Shown: piece by piece, positions 34,401 through 46,824 of the stretch
Layout: every line of letters begins with the position of its first letter
How positions within the stretch are numbered: position 1 is the first letter of the stretch
Origin: Klebsormidium nitens
Taxonomy: Eukaryota; Plantae; Klebsormidiophyceae
Direction of reading: 5' to 3'
Assembly (NCBI GenBank): GCA_000708835.1
Contig: DF237064.1
Location: 1 to 64,000 of the forward strand
Length of the DNA stretch: 64,000 nt
Program-made: the position numbers and the translations under genes
Notes under the pieces: model-generated
What the model saw: the letters and a program-made list of their open reading frames with translations, nothing else
Databases searched by the model: none
What the model was told of the DNA's origin: nothing

Positions 34401-36504
34401 TATCGCCACGCTGGATTGAGAAACTCACAAACGAAATGACAATTGCATTTGATGGAGGCGGAAGTTAGTAAGAGCGCCCATGGTTGGTCTGCTGTGCTTC
34501 GGCGAACCTAGCCCGAAGAATCGGTTCTGCCCACGACCAATTGCACTGACATTGCTCTGGTTCACCATCGACAGAATGTTCATATGACTGTCCGACAGAA
34601 TGTTAATATGACCGTGCGACAGAATGCCAACGTGACCGTCCCACAAAGTCCTGCCCCCAGGCCCCAGCCGAGGCCCAACCGTTCTCTCGCAGGATTTATT
34701 CTAGAACAGCTGGGCACAGGCTCGGTCTCAATGAGCCAGAACCAAGGCCCAATTGTGGCTGAAAGATGAGAACACCATACGAGACCAAGAAAGAAGCAAC
34801 AGCTGCAACAATAATGGCTAATTCAGATAACTGGCATTGGCAAAGATGGACACTGCTGCAGAAGATAGTGCCGAGACTTCTTCGGACTGTTCAAAGACGG
34901 TGGCCTCTCGTTGAGGAGTGCGGCAGATCCTGAGCGAAATTGTCTGTTGCGGCGCATCCGTGAAGAATAAACGGGAACACCTGTTTCGACCACCCCTTGG
35001 AACGGAAAGTTTGATGTGGCCCAAAAGGTGTTCCGTTCTCCAGCATCTTCGGATCAGCGACGGACGCGTGTTTTGGGGCTATATCGACAAGAAAGCAGGA
35101 AAGTCCAGAAGGGGAAAAACTGACCTGTGCTTTCTATCAGGAGCCTCCTGCTGCCGGAAATGACGTTTGAGGCACGTGTTGCTCTTGCATACAAAGAGGA
35201 AGAGGGTGCGGTGGAACGCAGAAGGCTCGGACTCGAGAGGTCCGTACACCTGTGAAAGCGATCAATGAGAAGAAGAGCACCTCAACAATGTTCATTGCGA
35301 ACCTCATCACTACTGACCTCACTATTGTCACCACCAATTTGACGAGATTGGATTGAGTTCTTGCAGTCACTACCTTACTTTTTCCACATCAACAACACTA
35401 CGGAATCGCTTGTTGGTGGCAGCTTTTCACAGTGTAATCACGGTCGTGGCAGTGTTCCTTCCATGTAGACGGACGTGGAAGGTTGCCCGTAAAATCACAA
35501 ATGCCAAGACAAGGTTGGAGAACTGTGGTGCATTCTGCTGCCCAAATCCAGAAAACATCATGCCCAGCCGAAGAAAGCGTGATGGATTAATTTCAAGAAG
35601 CAGGGACATAAAGTAGTAGCCACCTGATGCATGGTGAAAAAGTCCGAATATTCTGAGCTTTACAGACTCCTTTGTGGTAAAACTGTAACCGGTACTTCCG
35701 TCGCCGGGGAAGTACTAACTTGAACAGAACTTGGCACACGAACAAAAGCATAAGAGCCCCAAACTATCTCGACCACCACCACTGCTAAAATCAAACAAGA
35801 ACCATAAGCGCCCACACACAATCTTATTGTGTTTTACTTGCTTTTTGTTTTCTAAAAGATTCTAGCCACACCCAGCTCATTTTTGATGGGGTCCGCAGAC
35901 AGGCACACCCCGTCGAAGAAAAATAAGCCCTCACACTCTGAAACCTCAATGCTTGCATATTCAACCACCACGACACGTACAATATGGACCGCTGAATGCT
36001 GCCAACATTTGGGAGCAAACCCTTACTAAACTCCAACTCTTTGACCGCACTCGAAGTCTAGTTGGTAATGGTGGCGCCCAAGGAGACAGTCTTCTTTTAA
36101 AATAGGAACATGCTCATATCTTTCACATATCAACTTGTAATTGAATTCCAAAAGATATAAAGGCTGCTTTTCTCATGAGCTGTTTTTCCACAACGGAACA
36201 GCATTTTGCAGAGTCCTGTCACACGCCAAGATACCAGATTGATATGCGGTGGTGCAACACTTACCTGCATCAGAAATGCAAGGGGTTTGCCGCAAAAGCC
36301 GCACACTGTTGCTCCCCCCTGCGGCAGCTTTACAGGGTCGAGCCATGCCGGCACACCCCCAACCTTGCTTGGAAAGAAATGCCGCTCAAGGGATTCCGGA
36401 TTTGCTGCTTCGTCCACAAACCCTAAAAGAACCTCTTCTTCCTCCTCTCCTTCCGATTCCACCTCCTCCTCGTCTTCCGAGAAAACCTCCTCTAATTTCA
36501 CCAT
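31493..36504 (-). CDS. PDCD2: Programmed cell death protein 2 (zf-MYND + PDCD2_C), 658 aa; exons 36504-36265, 35249-35125, 34112-33929, 33619-32460, 31760-31493
   Basis: Contains FPSKVGGVPAWL, CGFCGKPLAFLMQVYGP, AFHRTLFLFVC, VRVFRCQLPRSNPFYS, the MYND finger CDWCG...CGGC...YCSKDHQVEHWRAGHSVAC, and EQVLRYCR...PLW...IPPCPECGSERIFEFQVLPQLL...LDWGTIAVYTC. Splice phases are consistent. Confidence 0.95.
34130..34345 (-). repeat. Two ~102-nt acceptor-side echoes of PDCD2 exon 3
   Basis: Copies of the exon start at 34214 and 34316 versus the real start at 34112; on the plus strand gagtggaagggg.tggagcg..gaagctggca recurs in each. Confidence 0.9.
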
Positions 36505-36639
36505 GGCTCCTTGTCCCTCTACTTCTGAAAAAACTCAACAAAGAAATGAAAAATACCTCTGAAAAGTTTCACTTTGCACATGATGGTTCCTATGCATGTA
36601 CTATGATGTAGGCTTGGAGCGCCCTTCAGCATCAGGCCG

Positions 36640-37100
36640 GGCGGCCGCGCGCCTTGCAACTAGCTGCATCTTTCTGCGCTCGGCTAGCTCAGCTGGCTAG
36701 AGTGCAGCTCGATACAACTGCCACGTGCCTTCCACTTGTGGTTGGCCCGAAGGTCCGCGGGTCAAATCCCGTAGTTTGCAACTTTCTCTGGACGGAGGGG
36801 TTGGCCTGCCTCCTTTCGGAATTTTCTGTGGATCTGGCTAAAGGTCCTTCAAGTATGCCTGGCTGCGGAGAAAATCTTCGCTAGCCGGCGCAGAGAGATA
36901 ACCCGAAGTCACCACTTGAATATATAAGGCTTTTTGGCAGGGGGCGGCCTAGTCTCGGCGGCCGCGGCGGCCGGCAGCTCGCGCGCAGTCGAGCGGGTTT
37001 GGCAAAGGCCACGTCACCAACTTCAAGTTGTTGGCCCGCACGCTTCAGCTTCGGTTGAGTCGACGTGGAGGGCGGCAACTTTCGAGTTTCCACCGAGTGG
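36640..37100. promoter_or_regulatory. Putative bidirectional promoter (CpG-rich core with TATA-like box at 36921-36927)
   Basis: GC boxes ggcggccgcgcgcc (~36640) and ggcggccgcggcggccggc (~36958) plus TATATAA, between divergent PDCD2 and ARM genes. Confidence 0.5.
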
Positions 37101-38156
37101 AAAGCTTGGCGAACCGGTTGTGAGAACACGGGTGGCGAACCCCAAAGTGTCGACGCTACAACTAGGTTAAACTGGGGTTGGTCATGGCTCCGGGTTCTTA
37201 GCACACTACACATTGCCTAGGTTAAGCTTAGCCGTGCAGTATCTAGAAGTTAGCATTTCCTGTCGAAGCAGCATGAAGGTGTCGAGCCCGGTGTGACCCG
37301 CCGGACGCCCCTTGGGTTTTGAATTTGAATCTGGATCCCATATTCTCGCAACGCCCTCATCCACAAATGGAAAACCGCTAATGCCGGCCGCAAATTTGAA
37401 GGCCCTGTTCCGGCGTCGAATCCTTTCCACGCTTTCAAGCGCCAGATTCTTCGATGAATCTCCTTCGATAGTGCGATTCTCGTGTCCAGCTGGCGCCGCG
37501 TAGCACCACCAAGCGTGGAAGAAGCTCTTGTCACTTGTGCAGAGATACCCTTCGCTTCTGGAAGCTCATCCATCATGGAGCCGTCCCATGCGCGCTTTTA
37601 GGGCAGCCCTCGATCAGGAAAAGTGGAGGGAAGTGTTCAAAGGTGGAGGCGCAAGATTCTGCAAGCTTGAAGAAGCGCGGCTGGAGAGAGAAGAAGCAAA
37701 TTGAATAACTGGGTTGTTGTGATCCAACGGCTTGTTCCTTGAAAGTTGATGTGGCACCTAGCTGGTTCGCTCTGGAGTGTCTGAAGCTGCAGCAGCACAC
37801 GAGAACGGGACGGCAGTGCGAGGACGTTTTTGCTTCTTCGAAGCATTCCCGGAGCATTGTTTTGCAAGGGTCAACTCAAATAAGGCAGTCAGCTGACAGC
37901 TAGGCGAGCTTTAAGTCCACTTCATCTCTGCATGCTCATCGCTTCCAAGAGAAGCTCAGGACAAGTGTGAAGGAGTCAGTGCGGGACGAGCTTGGGCAAC
38001 TAGAAAGCCTATCCAAAACTCTGTCGACTGAAGCTGGCATGGCATGCTGACCATCAATAAGATGAAGTCCCTTTCATGAGAAGCTAGAAACTTTGAAAGC
38101 CCGCACAAGGCTGTCGCCCTTTCTTACTTCTTCAGTCGCCAGCACCAATCTGGTTC

Positions 38157-41100
38157 ATGGAAGATGAGCTTCCCTCGATTCCGACTGCTGAATTGGTGGA
38201 AGTCATCCATACACGACGCTTCAAATTCCGCTCCGTCTCAGTCGCTAGTATACTTACACAGCTGGTTGGACGAGCGCTGAGTCTTTTACAGGTAAGAAAC
38301 TTTGGTCTTTATTGTTATAGGTTCATGCTCAGATTCTCGGCACATGATTGTGAGTCATTGGTTCTGATGGAGCAGCGTGTCTGACCAGAACTCTCTGAAC
38401 TTCAAACCAGATGTGTCTGCTAGCACAGGAGTGTAACCTCTGGCAGCTGCATTGTTACGCAGGCCCAGTCCCTCTTCACTGGGAGAACATATTGGTCTTT
38501 GACATGCATTTTAGGGACCGGCAAGCTGATCAGTGCCTTCACAGCACTCCAGCTTATGGAAAACCTGCAATGCTGCATAATGTGGTTAAAATACTAGATG
38601 CTGGTAGTGCAATGAGAGGTGTTTTGGCCGGTATAATGATGTGGACAATGCTGTCGACATCGTTTTCTTTTCTGAGCAGAAATTAAAGAATAAGGCCCGT
38701 ATCTGGTTGACGTCCTGACATTGTCCTGAGTCAACAGAATGCTGGACACATTTAGCTTAGAGATGTCATTGATGAGTAATGCCGATCAAGACTGGCGATG
38801 TACTTTCACGATTATCAGATAGATTGGGTGCAATCTGCATTGTGAGGAGGCATGCCCCTTAGTAGCCAGCTTCAAATGTGGACAGTTTCAAGAGAAAAGG
38901 CATTCTTGACATGCTCTTCGTACTTTGCCATATGGTGTCCCGTCTTGCCACATCAAGAGTTATTGGAAGAAGTAAAGAAGACAAAATATGCTGGTTCTCT
39001 GCAGTGTACGCAGGGCTTGATCTGAATTCTTGACTTTCTGTGATACAGGCTGGGGAGTCAGCGCAGAGTCCTGCCACGGCCTTTGCTGATGAATTCGATG
39101 ATGGGGCGGCCGAGCTGGAGGCGATTGAAGCTGAGCTTGAGGCCTTGTATGATATCCGAGTGTGCACCTTTCTGGTGTCACTGCTAAGCTCGGCCTCTGC
39201 AAGCACGCGCGTGCTGGCTGGGGCCACGTACTTGCTGGCAATGATGACAGCAGGGAAGGGAAGCAATGCTGAGGAGTGGAGGATGCAGGTGAGCCCCTTG
39301 TGCTTTTCCATGATCTGTTATAGTCGTTCAGAACCGGTCGGCTAGTCTAGTGCTCTTCGGGGGGGTGAAATATGTCACCAGCTGATTGAACTACTCAGCA
39401 ATGCTGAGAAGGGGAGGATGCAGGTGTGCCCCTCTTACTTTCCCATGATCTGTCATGATCTTCAAGGGTCGGTTGGTTAGTCTTGTTCTCTCTGGGGGCA
39501 ACATGTGTCACCAGCTGATTGAAGTATTCGGCCAAGTCTCCTCATGCCTAATGTTTGGATTTTATTTTAAATTCATTGGGCTTGTCACCCAGGATGCACG
39601 ACAATGTGGGGCACATGCAAACGCGCCCCTCATTTCGACTCTCATCCTCATGTATCGTAACCTATGCAATGGTTGCGATCAAGGCCGAAAACACCTATGT
39701 CGCCCGTCGAGGCATCATTTCTAAACCCTGAACTTTCTGTGGAGTTCTTCCCAATCATATCGAAAGAACGAAGTACCCCTGCATTCATTTTCTGCGGCCT
39801 GGTCCCATTTAACTCTCTGCCAAAATGCTGACAACTTTGACGACTCTCATACACAATGCTGACACCGTCTTCATCGCTGGCCCTTTCCACATCATCAACA
39901 TGTCTCATCTCCTTCTCGCAGATGACTAAAGGGTGCGGGATCCTGCGCCTGGTGGCCCTGCTGTCCGCCCAGAGCAGCTCCGTGCGCTTCAACGCGCTCC
40001 TCGTCCTCGTGAACTTCCTGCGCCACTGCCCCGCCAGCCACAAGGAGGTGCTGCGGCTGGGGGCGCTCCGCAAGTTTGCGCTCCTGCTGGAAGAGGCGGA
40101 GGACGAGCCGCAGCAGAACCTGTGCGCCGACGCGTTCGAGTGCCTGGCGCGTTCGGAGGTGCCGGCAATGCAGGGGGAGTTGCTGCAGACAGGTGAGGCA
40201 GTAAGGAAAATAGGCTTGAGAAAGATACATTTCATCTCTTGTTGTGATCTCTTGCCGCCTGGCCCTCTGGTTCACTTTGCGTGGAAGGGCCTTATGCATG
40301 CACCCTCTCCACTAGTTTTGAATATGTTAAGGCAAAGTTATGACTGGTTCATATCAGGCATGCCCTTTAATTGGCCTTGGGCTTGGGGATAAACTCAAAA
40401 GTAGAGCGCTACCGAGTAAGCCACGTCTCCATTTGCCAACCCAGTTCTTCAAAGAATGTCTACTGCCAAAGGATTCCTACTGCGGACTAACCTGGGGTTC
40501 TCTTGCAGGCTGTATGGCCAAAATAGTGTCATGGTTGGGCTGTGCCAGCAGCGACCGGGTGGCTGGAAAGGTCCTCAAGTCCCTAGCTGGGATGGTGGAG
40601 TGGGACGGGCCTTTTGACACCAGCCTGGCAGTGGGTCTCCAGCTTGCGGGGCCGCTTATGGCGCTCGTTAGAGGCACGGGCTCGACGGCGCTGCGTGCGG
40701 TGAGCCACTCTGCTGACTTTGGCTCAAAGGTTGTGGCCCTATCGGTCGTCAGAGCTGTTAGGAGAAAGTCAGGTGGCTTAGATGATCCTAAAGGACACGG
40801 TGTCAGGATCTGTGGACAGACATCATGAATTTTTGTTGTAATCTGCATGGAGTGGAAGCCCAGAATTCCGTCACCAAAGCTGCACAATCAACCCTTCAAT
40901 GACAGCAGACACAATCTGTTCTGTTCCCTCAAACCCTGCGCTAACCAACCTCGACTACGTTTATAACTACAGGTCGCCCTGGAAGCTCTCGCCACCATCT
41001 GCGCAGCGCCAGAGCATGGTCCCCGTCACCGCGAGGAGTGCCGTGCGCAGGGGTGCGTCTTGCTGCTGGTCGGTCTGTTGGAGAGCGCCAACGACAGGGA

Positions 41101-42274
41101 AACACTTGTCCAGGTAGGGGCCCGCGAAGCAGAGTTTGCAGATCAAGCAACTGGTTCGGGAAGAGTTGGCTCTCCAGATTTTACTGTTTGTGGGCGAGGT
41201 CTTGGTTATTCAACTAATCAGTTCATTCGTCGTTTGTTAGGAAGGGAGTCGATGTGGTGGCCTCGAAAAGGTGTCAGAAGTGGCATTGTTCGAGCTTGAT
41301 GACCCGCTCGTACTTTCTCAATCTCGGTTGGAGTGCCCAATGAGTCCCCTTTGTTGTTTTTGAAAACGAAGACATCCCCACAACCTCTCTGATAAGTCCG
41401 TTCATGTAGAGGCTGACTTCGTTTGCTTTCTCAGTCCTCTTTCCTTCCCAGGTGCTCAATATTCGATCCGTCTCACCTCCCCAAAGACTGGTGTTGTCCC
41501 CACCGTTTGTCCTTCGGATTTCCGAGAAGCTCGAGGCTAGCCGCCTCTCCATTATCCGGCGCCCATTGCCACCTCTAAAAGTAGTCTTTACCACAACTTC
41601 CTTCTCAGACCTTCCTCTTCTAAAGTCTTCGAACAATGCCGTACGGGAAATTGCCATCTGCCCACTCGGCCCGCTTCCAGGTGCTCAATTCTTTGGCCGT
41701 CCTCCCATCATCCGCGTCCCCAAGCACCCTGAACCATGCGGTACCCCTCCTCTCACATCTTCACGCCTTACGGAAGATCCACGCCTTGCGGAAGATCCTT
41801 TACCATCCGCTCACTCGGTTCCCCTCCCTCTCCAGGTGCTCAACTTCCTGGCCGTCCTCGCCGCCCTCGACCCCCGCTGCCGCGAGGAGATCTGCAACAG
41901 CAGCTGCCAGTACCAGCTGCAGCGCTTCGTGCGGCCGCCCGGCCTGACGAGCCCCCGCAAGAGCTACGCGGCCGTCATAAAAGAGGAGAAAAAGCCCGGG
42001 AGCGACGCGCCGCTCGAAGTGGACGAGACGCTGGTGGCCGAGGAGCATGCGGCCCTGGTGCACTTCCTTCTGCAGGTGGGTTAGGGCGTCGTTTCTTTTT
42101 TGGGTTAGTGTTGAGGCTGAGTTTGGGTGCGGCGAGTTGGGGTTGAAGCGTGCACTAACCATGTACCGAAACCTTGGATGATCAAAACGGGTTTCCTTCA
42201 AACAGGTTTGGTCGAGGTTGGTGATGGCCGACGGTCAGGATGTGCCAAAAGGTTTACAGAGCGATTTTCATTGA
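38157..42274 (+). CDS. Armadillo-repeat protein (>=428 aa); exons 38157-38291, 39049-39288, 39922-40192, 40509-40699, 40973-41113, 41836-42075, 42206-42274; 5' end uncertain
   Basis: Phase-consistent GT-AG exons with ARM-like helices: GCGILRLVALLSAQSSSVRFNALLVLVNFL, LGALRKFALLL, GCMAKIVSWLG, AGPLMALV, QGCVLLLVGLL. An acceptor-like ttcag at ~38135 suggests extra upstream exon(s). Confidence 0.82.
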
Positions 42275-43966
42275 GCAAGCAGCTTTGATGCGTACGCTCG
42301 GTTTGCTTTTCAATTGGATAGGATCCGCTTTTTATGCGTTGAAGAACATAGGGCATTCGGATTGTTGTCGGAATCTGCATAAAAAATTCCGCTTGCCTGG
42401 TCGGATTGTTGGAAAATAATTCTATGCTGATTGGCTGGAATCCTATGCTGATTGGCCGGCATTTCGAGCCAGTTTTCGAGCTTTTGTGGCAGTGAGTAGG
42501 TCCAAAACTGAAACCTTGGATGAGAAGGTCAACTTTTCTGCAGTATGTCTCTTATAGACAGGCAACAACACAACCGTGCTGCTCAGTATTTTTGGAGCTC
42601 AAATTTAAGTAGAGTCAAATAGTAGCTTGCTGACATCCCCAAGACTTGAAAGTCCGCTAAAATTCTGAGCACGACGAGCCAAAATCATGGATGCCCGAGT
42701 GAGTTCTTTTGTATTGGTCCGAATCTGCAGGAACGGTCTCTCAACCTAGTTGCTCGATTCGTGCAGATCTGCTCAACGAAGCGTCCTCTTCACTTTCCGG
42801 AGTGCCGTGACAAGGTGTCCTCGCCTGTGAAAATTGGAGCCAAGATTGCGGCTCGCGTCGGTGCTGATTAGCGGCTCCAGTCGGCTATGTGTATATACAC
42901 TGCACCGGCTTATACCATATGAAGGCAGTTCCGCCGCATCTTAGAAGCACTTGCTGGGAAGTTGCACAGATAGTCCCAGGTGTACATATACTGTAACACG
43001 CACTCAACATACTCGCAGGGGTGAGGTTTTTAACACACTTCAGGCTCGATCCTACCCCAGACACTCAGTAGCCACTAGATTCTTTTATTCTTTACATTGA
43101 ATCTCACCCGTCTGGAGTGCGGTCTTGCGAAGCAGGTTCATCCTGCCAAGTTTTGGCGCTCCAGAAACGCTGGAAGTGACATTTAAACAAATGGTACACA
43201 AGAGGTAGCTTCATTACTTTGTCAACCTGTTACTTTTGAAGCAATGTACACTAAGGCTGATGAGGGCAGGCTGTAATTTGAGAAAGCGGAAGCTCTTGGG
43301 CCCTATTTCTAAAGCTATCGGACATCTCTTCTTGTTCTGAACTGTCGCGACATGGACTGATTGCATCCCTCCAATGGTAATTGCTTGTATAGAAAGTTCT
43401 GTCCCTTTGGAGAGCCTTTCATGCCCGGATTCTAATTGGAGAACCCGCTGTGTCGTGTGCATGATACGCTAGGTAGCTTTGATAACAAGTTCAGCTCATA
43501 TATCAGCTTTGGGCACGCCGCATCGATCCAGAGGACGTTCATGCTTAGCAGCTGAAATAAACGTCTGCATTTGCAATGCCACATGACGGGACTTACTGTT
43601 GATATGCGGGCTAGATTAATCAAACGCATGTCTGCCTCACTTCAACCTGGCCAATAGGCCGTAGCCTGGGTGCTGCAGCTGGGAATTACAGCTATCTTGT
43701 GCAGCAGATTGCAATGCCATGAGAGAAGATTGATGATTTCAAATTGTATGCCGAGTACATCTGACGGCCACTTTGACGATAATGTCATAGCCGATGCCGG
43801 GCCAGGCCTCAGCAGTCGAGTCAATTGAGGCACTTGACACATACGTGATATAGCATAAGCAATCCGGAACGAAATATCAGTGCGGCAAAGCTAGGAGGAT
43901 GCATAAGCACTGTCCTGAGAGCTTACTGGTTCGACCCCGCTGACCCACAAAGCTTCAAAGCGACTA

Positions 43967-45366
43967 TTACTGTTCGCAAACAGCGCTATGGCCTGCCTTC
44001 CATGCTCTTTTCTGACAGGCCCTGCTGCAATACGCTGTGAGCTTACACTGGCTACAACTCGCAAACTCTTTTGACCGCTCCTCGACGTTCTTGCAATCAG
44101 GTGCGGAACACTGCCTCAGCGGATGCGTGATCAACTTGAAAGATCTGGCTTTGCCTGGCTCTTGTGGACCAGGCTCCTGACCTGATCGAACGCTACTATT
44201 CTCCTCAATCCCGTTATCTTCCCCAAGCTCGCGATCAAGGAGTGAGGTTAGGCGTGACTTTTCCGTCGCACAGATCTGGGAGAGAGTCCGTGACCGAGCC
44301 AACATGGGCCGGCTCTTCATGATCCCCTTCCTTATCTTGCGTCGCTCCTCCTCAGTTGTCTTCCCTCCCATTAGCCTGATGTAATCTGTTTGGTTTAGTT
44401 GCACACCCCCCTTCCTCTGAACCTCGCTCCACAATACTGCCTCCCCAAAACGTTTTGAGAAGACACTGAGGCTGGAGCAGGCAGCAAGCGCCCTGGCACA
44501 ATCTAGAAACTCGCGATCGGTGAAGAAGTGGGAGCAGAGGAACGGGAGGTTGAAGGCGGCAAGTTTGTGAAGGATAACCAGTACAGTCTCAATCTCGTGC
44601 CGAGACTCGCTCTCGCTCAGATGGTTCACCGCTGCAAGGCACAGTGGTGCAATCCTTTCCAATGTGCGGGGGAGCATGTGAGGCGCCGGCCAAAGGACGA
44701 CCATCAGCGCCTCGTTCACGTATCTCCCATCGTAAAAATACTCCCCGACCCTTCTGAGAATGCAGTTCAGGAACACGGCACGCCTGGCTAGGCTCCGCTT
44801 GACGCCGTGAGACCAGATGAGCAGAGTATGGAGCGTGCTTAGAAGCGCCCCCCCTGTGGCAAAGACAAATGCATCCATTGTTCCATTGGTGCACGGGCCC
44901 GGGTAGTCGGCCGTCTCGAGCAGGTACAGCCTCTGCAGCACATCCAGTAGATCCTCGCACCGATCTAAGACGAACCTTGCGCACCGCTTATCTTGCATCA
45001 GCTTCTCCAGAACTCGGCAGTAGAGCACGCCTTGTTCAAAACGAGCTCGTCACCCCCCTCCCGTTTTACCTCCACCCAGTTTCCATTGGCGGCCTCCTCC
45101 AGACCCCTCAAAACCTCCCCAAGCAAACCGTTCTCCAGCAGGTACGTCGCTGCTCCAACCCCCGTGCCAATGTGCTCCTCGAAAGGGTTTGGCAGGGCGG
45201 ACTGTAGGCCTTGAAGCACATCAAGCTTCTCGTAAACAGTGCCTGAGGCAGTGCACTCCAGGACTTTCTTGAGGAAGGGGCACGTTTCTGGCGCCTCAAA
45301 TCTGATAGTGGGTGCAGGTTGGTCTTCGACCGGTCGGCAGAGAGTGCTGATCGATAGTGAGCCCAT
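43967..45366 (-). pseudogene. Intronless C-terminal zf-MYND protein with one frameshift near 45030
   Basis: ORF 45366-44998 and ORF 45028-43967 overlap in different frames and join as ELVLNK/VLYCRVLEKLM with a 1-nt shift. The C-terminus is CSAPDC...CSQCKLTAYCSRACQKRAWKAGHSAVC. Could be a sequencing error rather than a true pseudogene. Confidence 0.75.
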
Positions 45367-45649
45367 ATTCTCATGCCACCGCAGGTCTTTAGTACGTCGC
45401 TGGATGCAGCTGTCTGGCTGCTATCGCTTTGAGAGGGTAGCCGTGGGCAGGCGCAGCCTCCAGCTGTAGGTGTCCTCAACCAGGGGTTTCAGCTCAACTT
45501 CCGACTCTCTGAGTCTCTGACTCGTCTCTCCGACTCTCTCGTCCAAACGATGCAAAGCTTGGCACCTTCTTGAAGTTCAAGACGAAGCCGCCAACTTGTG
45601 AATGAATTTCTCTAACTGCTGCTGAAACCCGCGCGAACCCTTAGGTAGC

Positions 45650-45740
45650 TGAAGCCTTGTTACGGTCGGAGCCGGCCGCCGGCGCGGCCGGCCTCGCGGC
45701 GGCCACTGGCCGCGCCCGGCCGCGAACCGGCCGGTCTTCT
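45650..45740. promoter_or_regulatory. CpG-rich promoter-like island upstream of the MYND gene
   Basis: Nearly pure GGCC/CGCG tract ~300 nt upstream of ATG 45366, similar to the islands at ~6790, ~28610 and ~36960. Confidence 0.4.
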
Positions 45741-46824
45741 GGTCCAGCTGCTGCAGCGCCAGCAATGCAACGTACAGGCTAAACATGCGCTCAATGATTG
45801 AGACCCCGGCGCTCGCATGCGGCTTAAGATACTGTTAGTCGGTTGCTAAGGGGGCGGCAGCTGCGCCCCCGGGCCCTGCAACGATGCAAAACAGCATAGT
45901 CACTGCACTGAGCCGCAGCCGCGACGTGATTATCTTGCGATTCCGTATGATCATGATGGTCCGACTCGGCAAGTATCCTCGATCCGGTCATATTGATCCG
46001 AGGGTCCGACTTTTGACTACTGCATAGCTTGCCTGGACTAAATCCAAATGTCAAACGAAGGACCTGTGAGAATTGTGTGTGTGGAGTCTAGACATACCGT
46101 ACTGATCGGCCGGGCAACAATTCTAGTAGGACCTCAGGTTGCGAGCCAGTGCATCATGGCGTAAGAACGGGGCAGCCGAGCGAATAGCTCCATATATGCA
46201 GCCCGCCCCGCTTCTTCGTTCAATTAAGAGTCCCCCGTCACATGAACTCTCAAAATCTAGCTGGTGCATCTAGGTGTTGCCAGCCCGGCCACGTGAATAC
46301 TTGTGGCCAAGAGGCACTGATGAAAGCTCGTGCTGACAATCTGGATGCGTTAGTTGTCCACTTGTCGATCTTGACCGATCGTGCAGAAGTGCAACCGGCA
46401 TTAGTCGTAAGCTTAGTCTTGACTTTTTGTTCGTGTCGAACTTGCAAACTGCTGATCTTTATGCACAAATATTGATAAAGTACCTTTTCAACCTTTTGCC
46501 GAAGGACTTCATACGACAAAGAGCGTGGACGATTTCGAAGGTTCCCCCTTAAGCTCATCGTGTCTCTTGACGGGTGGCCGATTCAAGTTTCAAGACTTCG
46601 CTCAAAAGCCTAGCAGGAACACATACCACAGAGAGCTCGAACGAGCAACCGATGGTACCTCGAACCTAGCCCGTCTTTTGACTCTCAACCTACTCGACAC
46701 ACGTCCTTCTAATCATGATTTCCGCTGCTTCATATGACAAGGACGAAGGCCAGAACGTATGACTTTGAGCTACGAACGATTCTACTGACCGTTAGGTTTT
46801 GACATCCGCAACACAAGCTGGTCA

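Noticed and set aside
33699-34409. 236-aa ORF with LPASxLxPLPLV repeats
   Set aside because: Off-frame reading of PDCD2 exon 3 and its 102-nt echoes.
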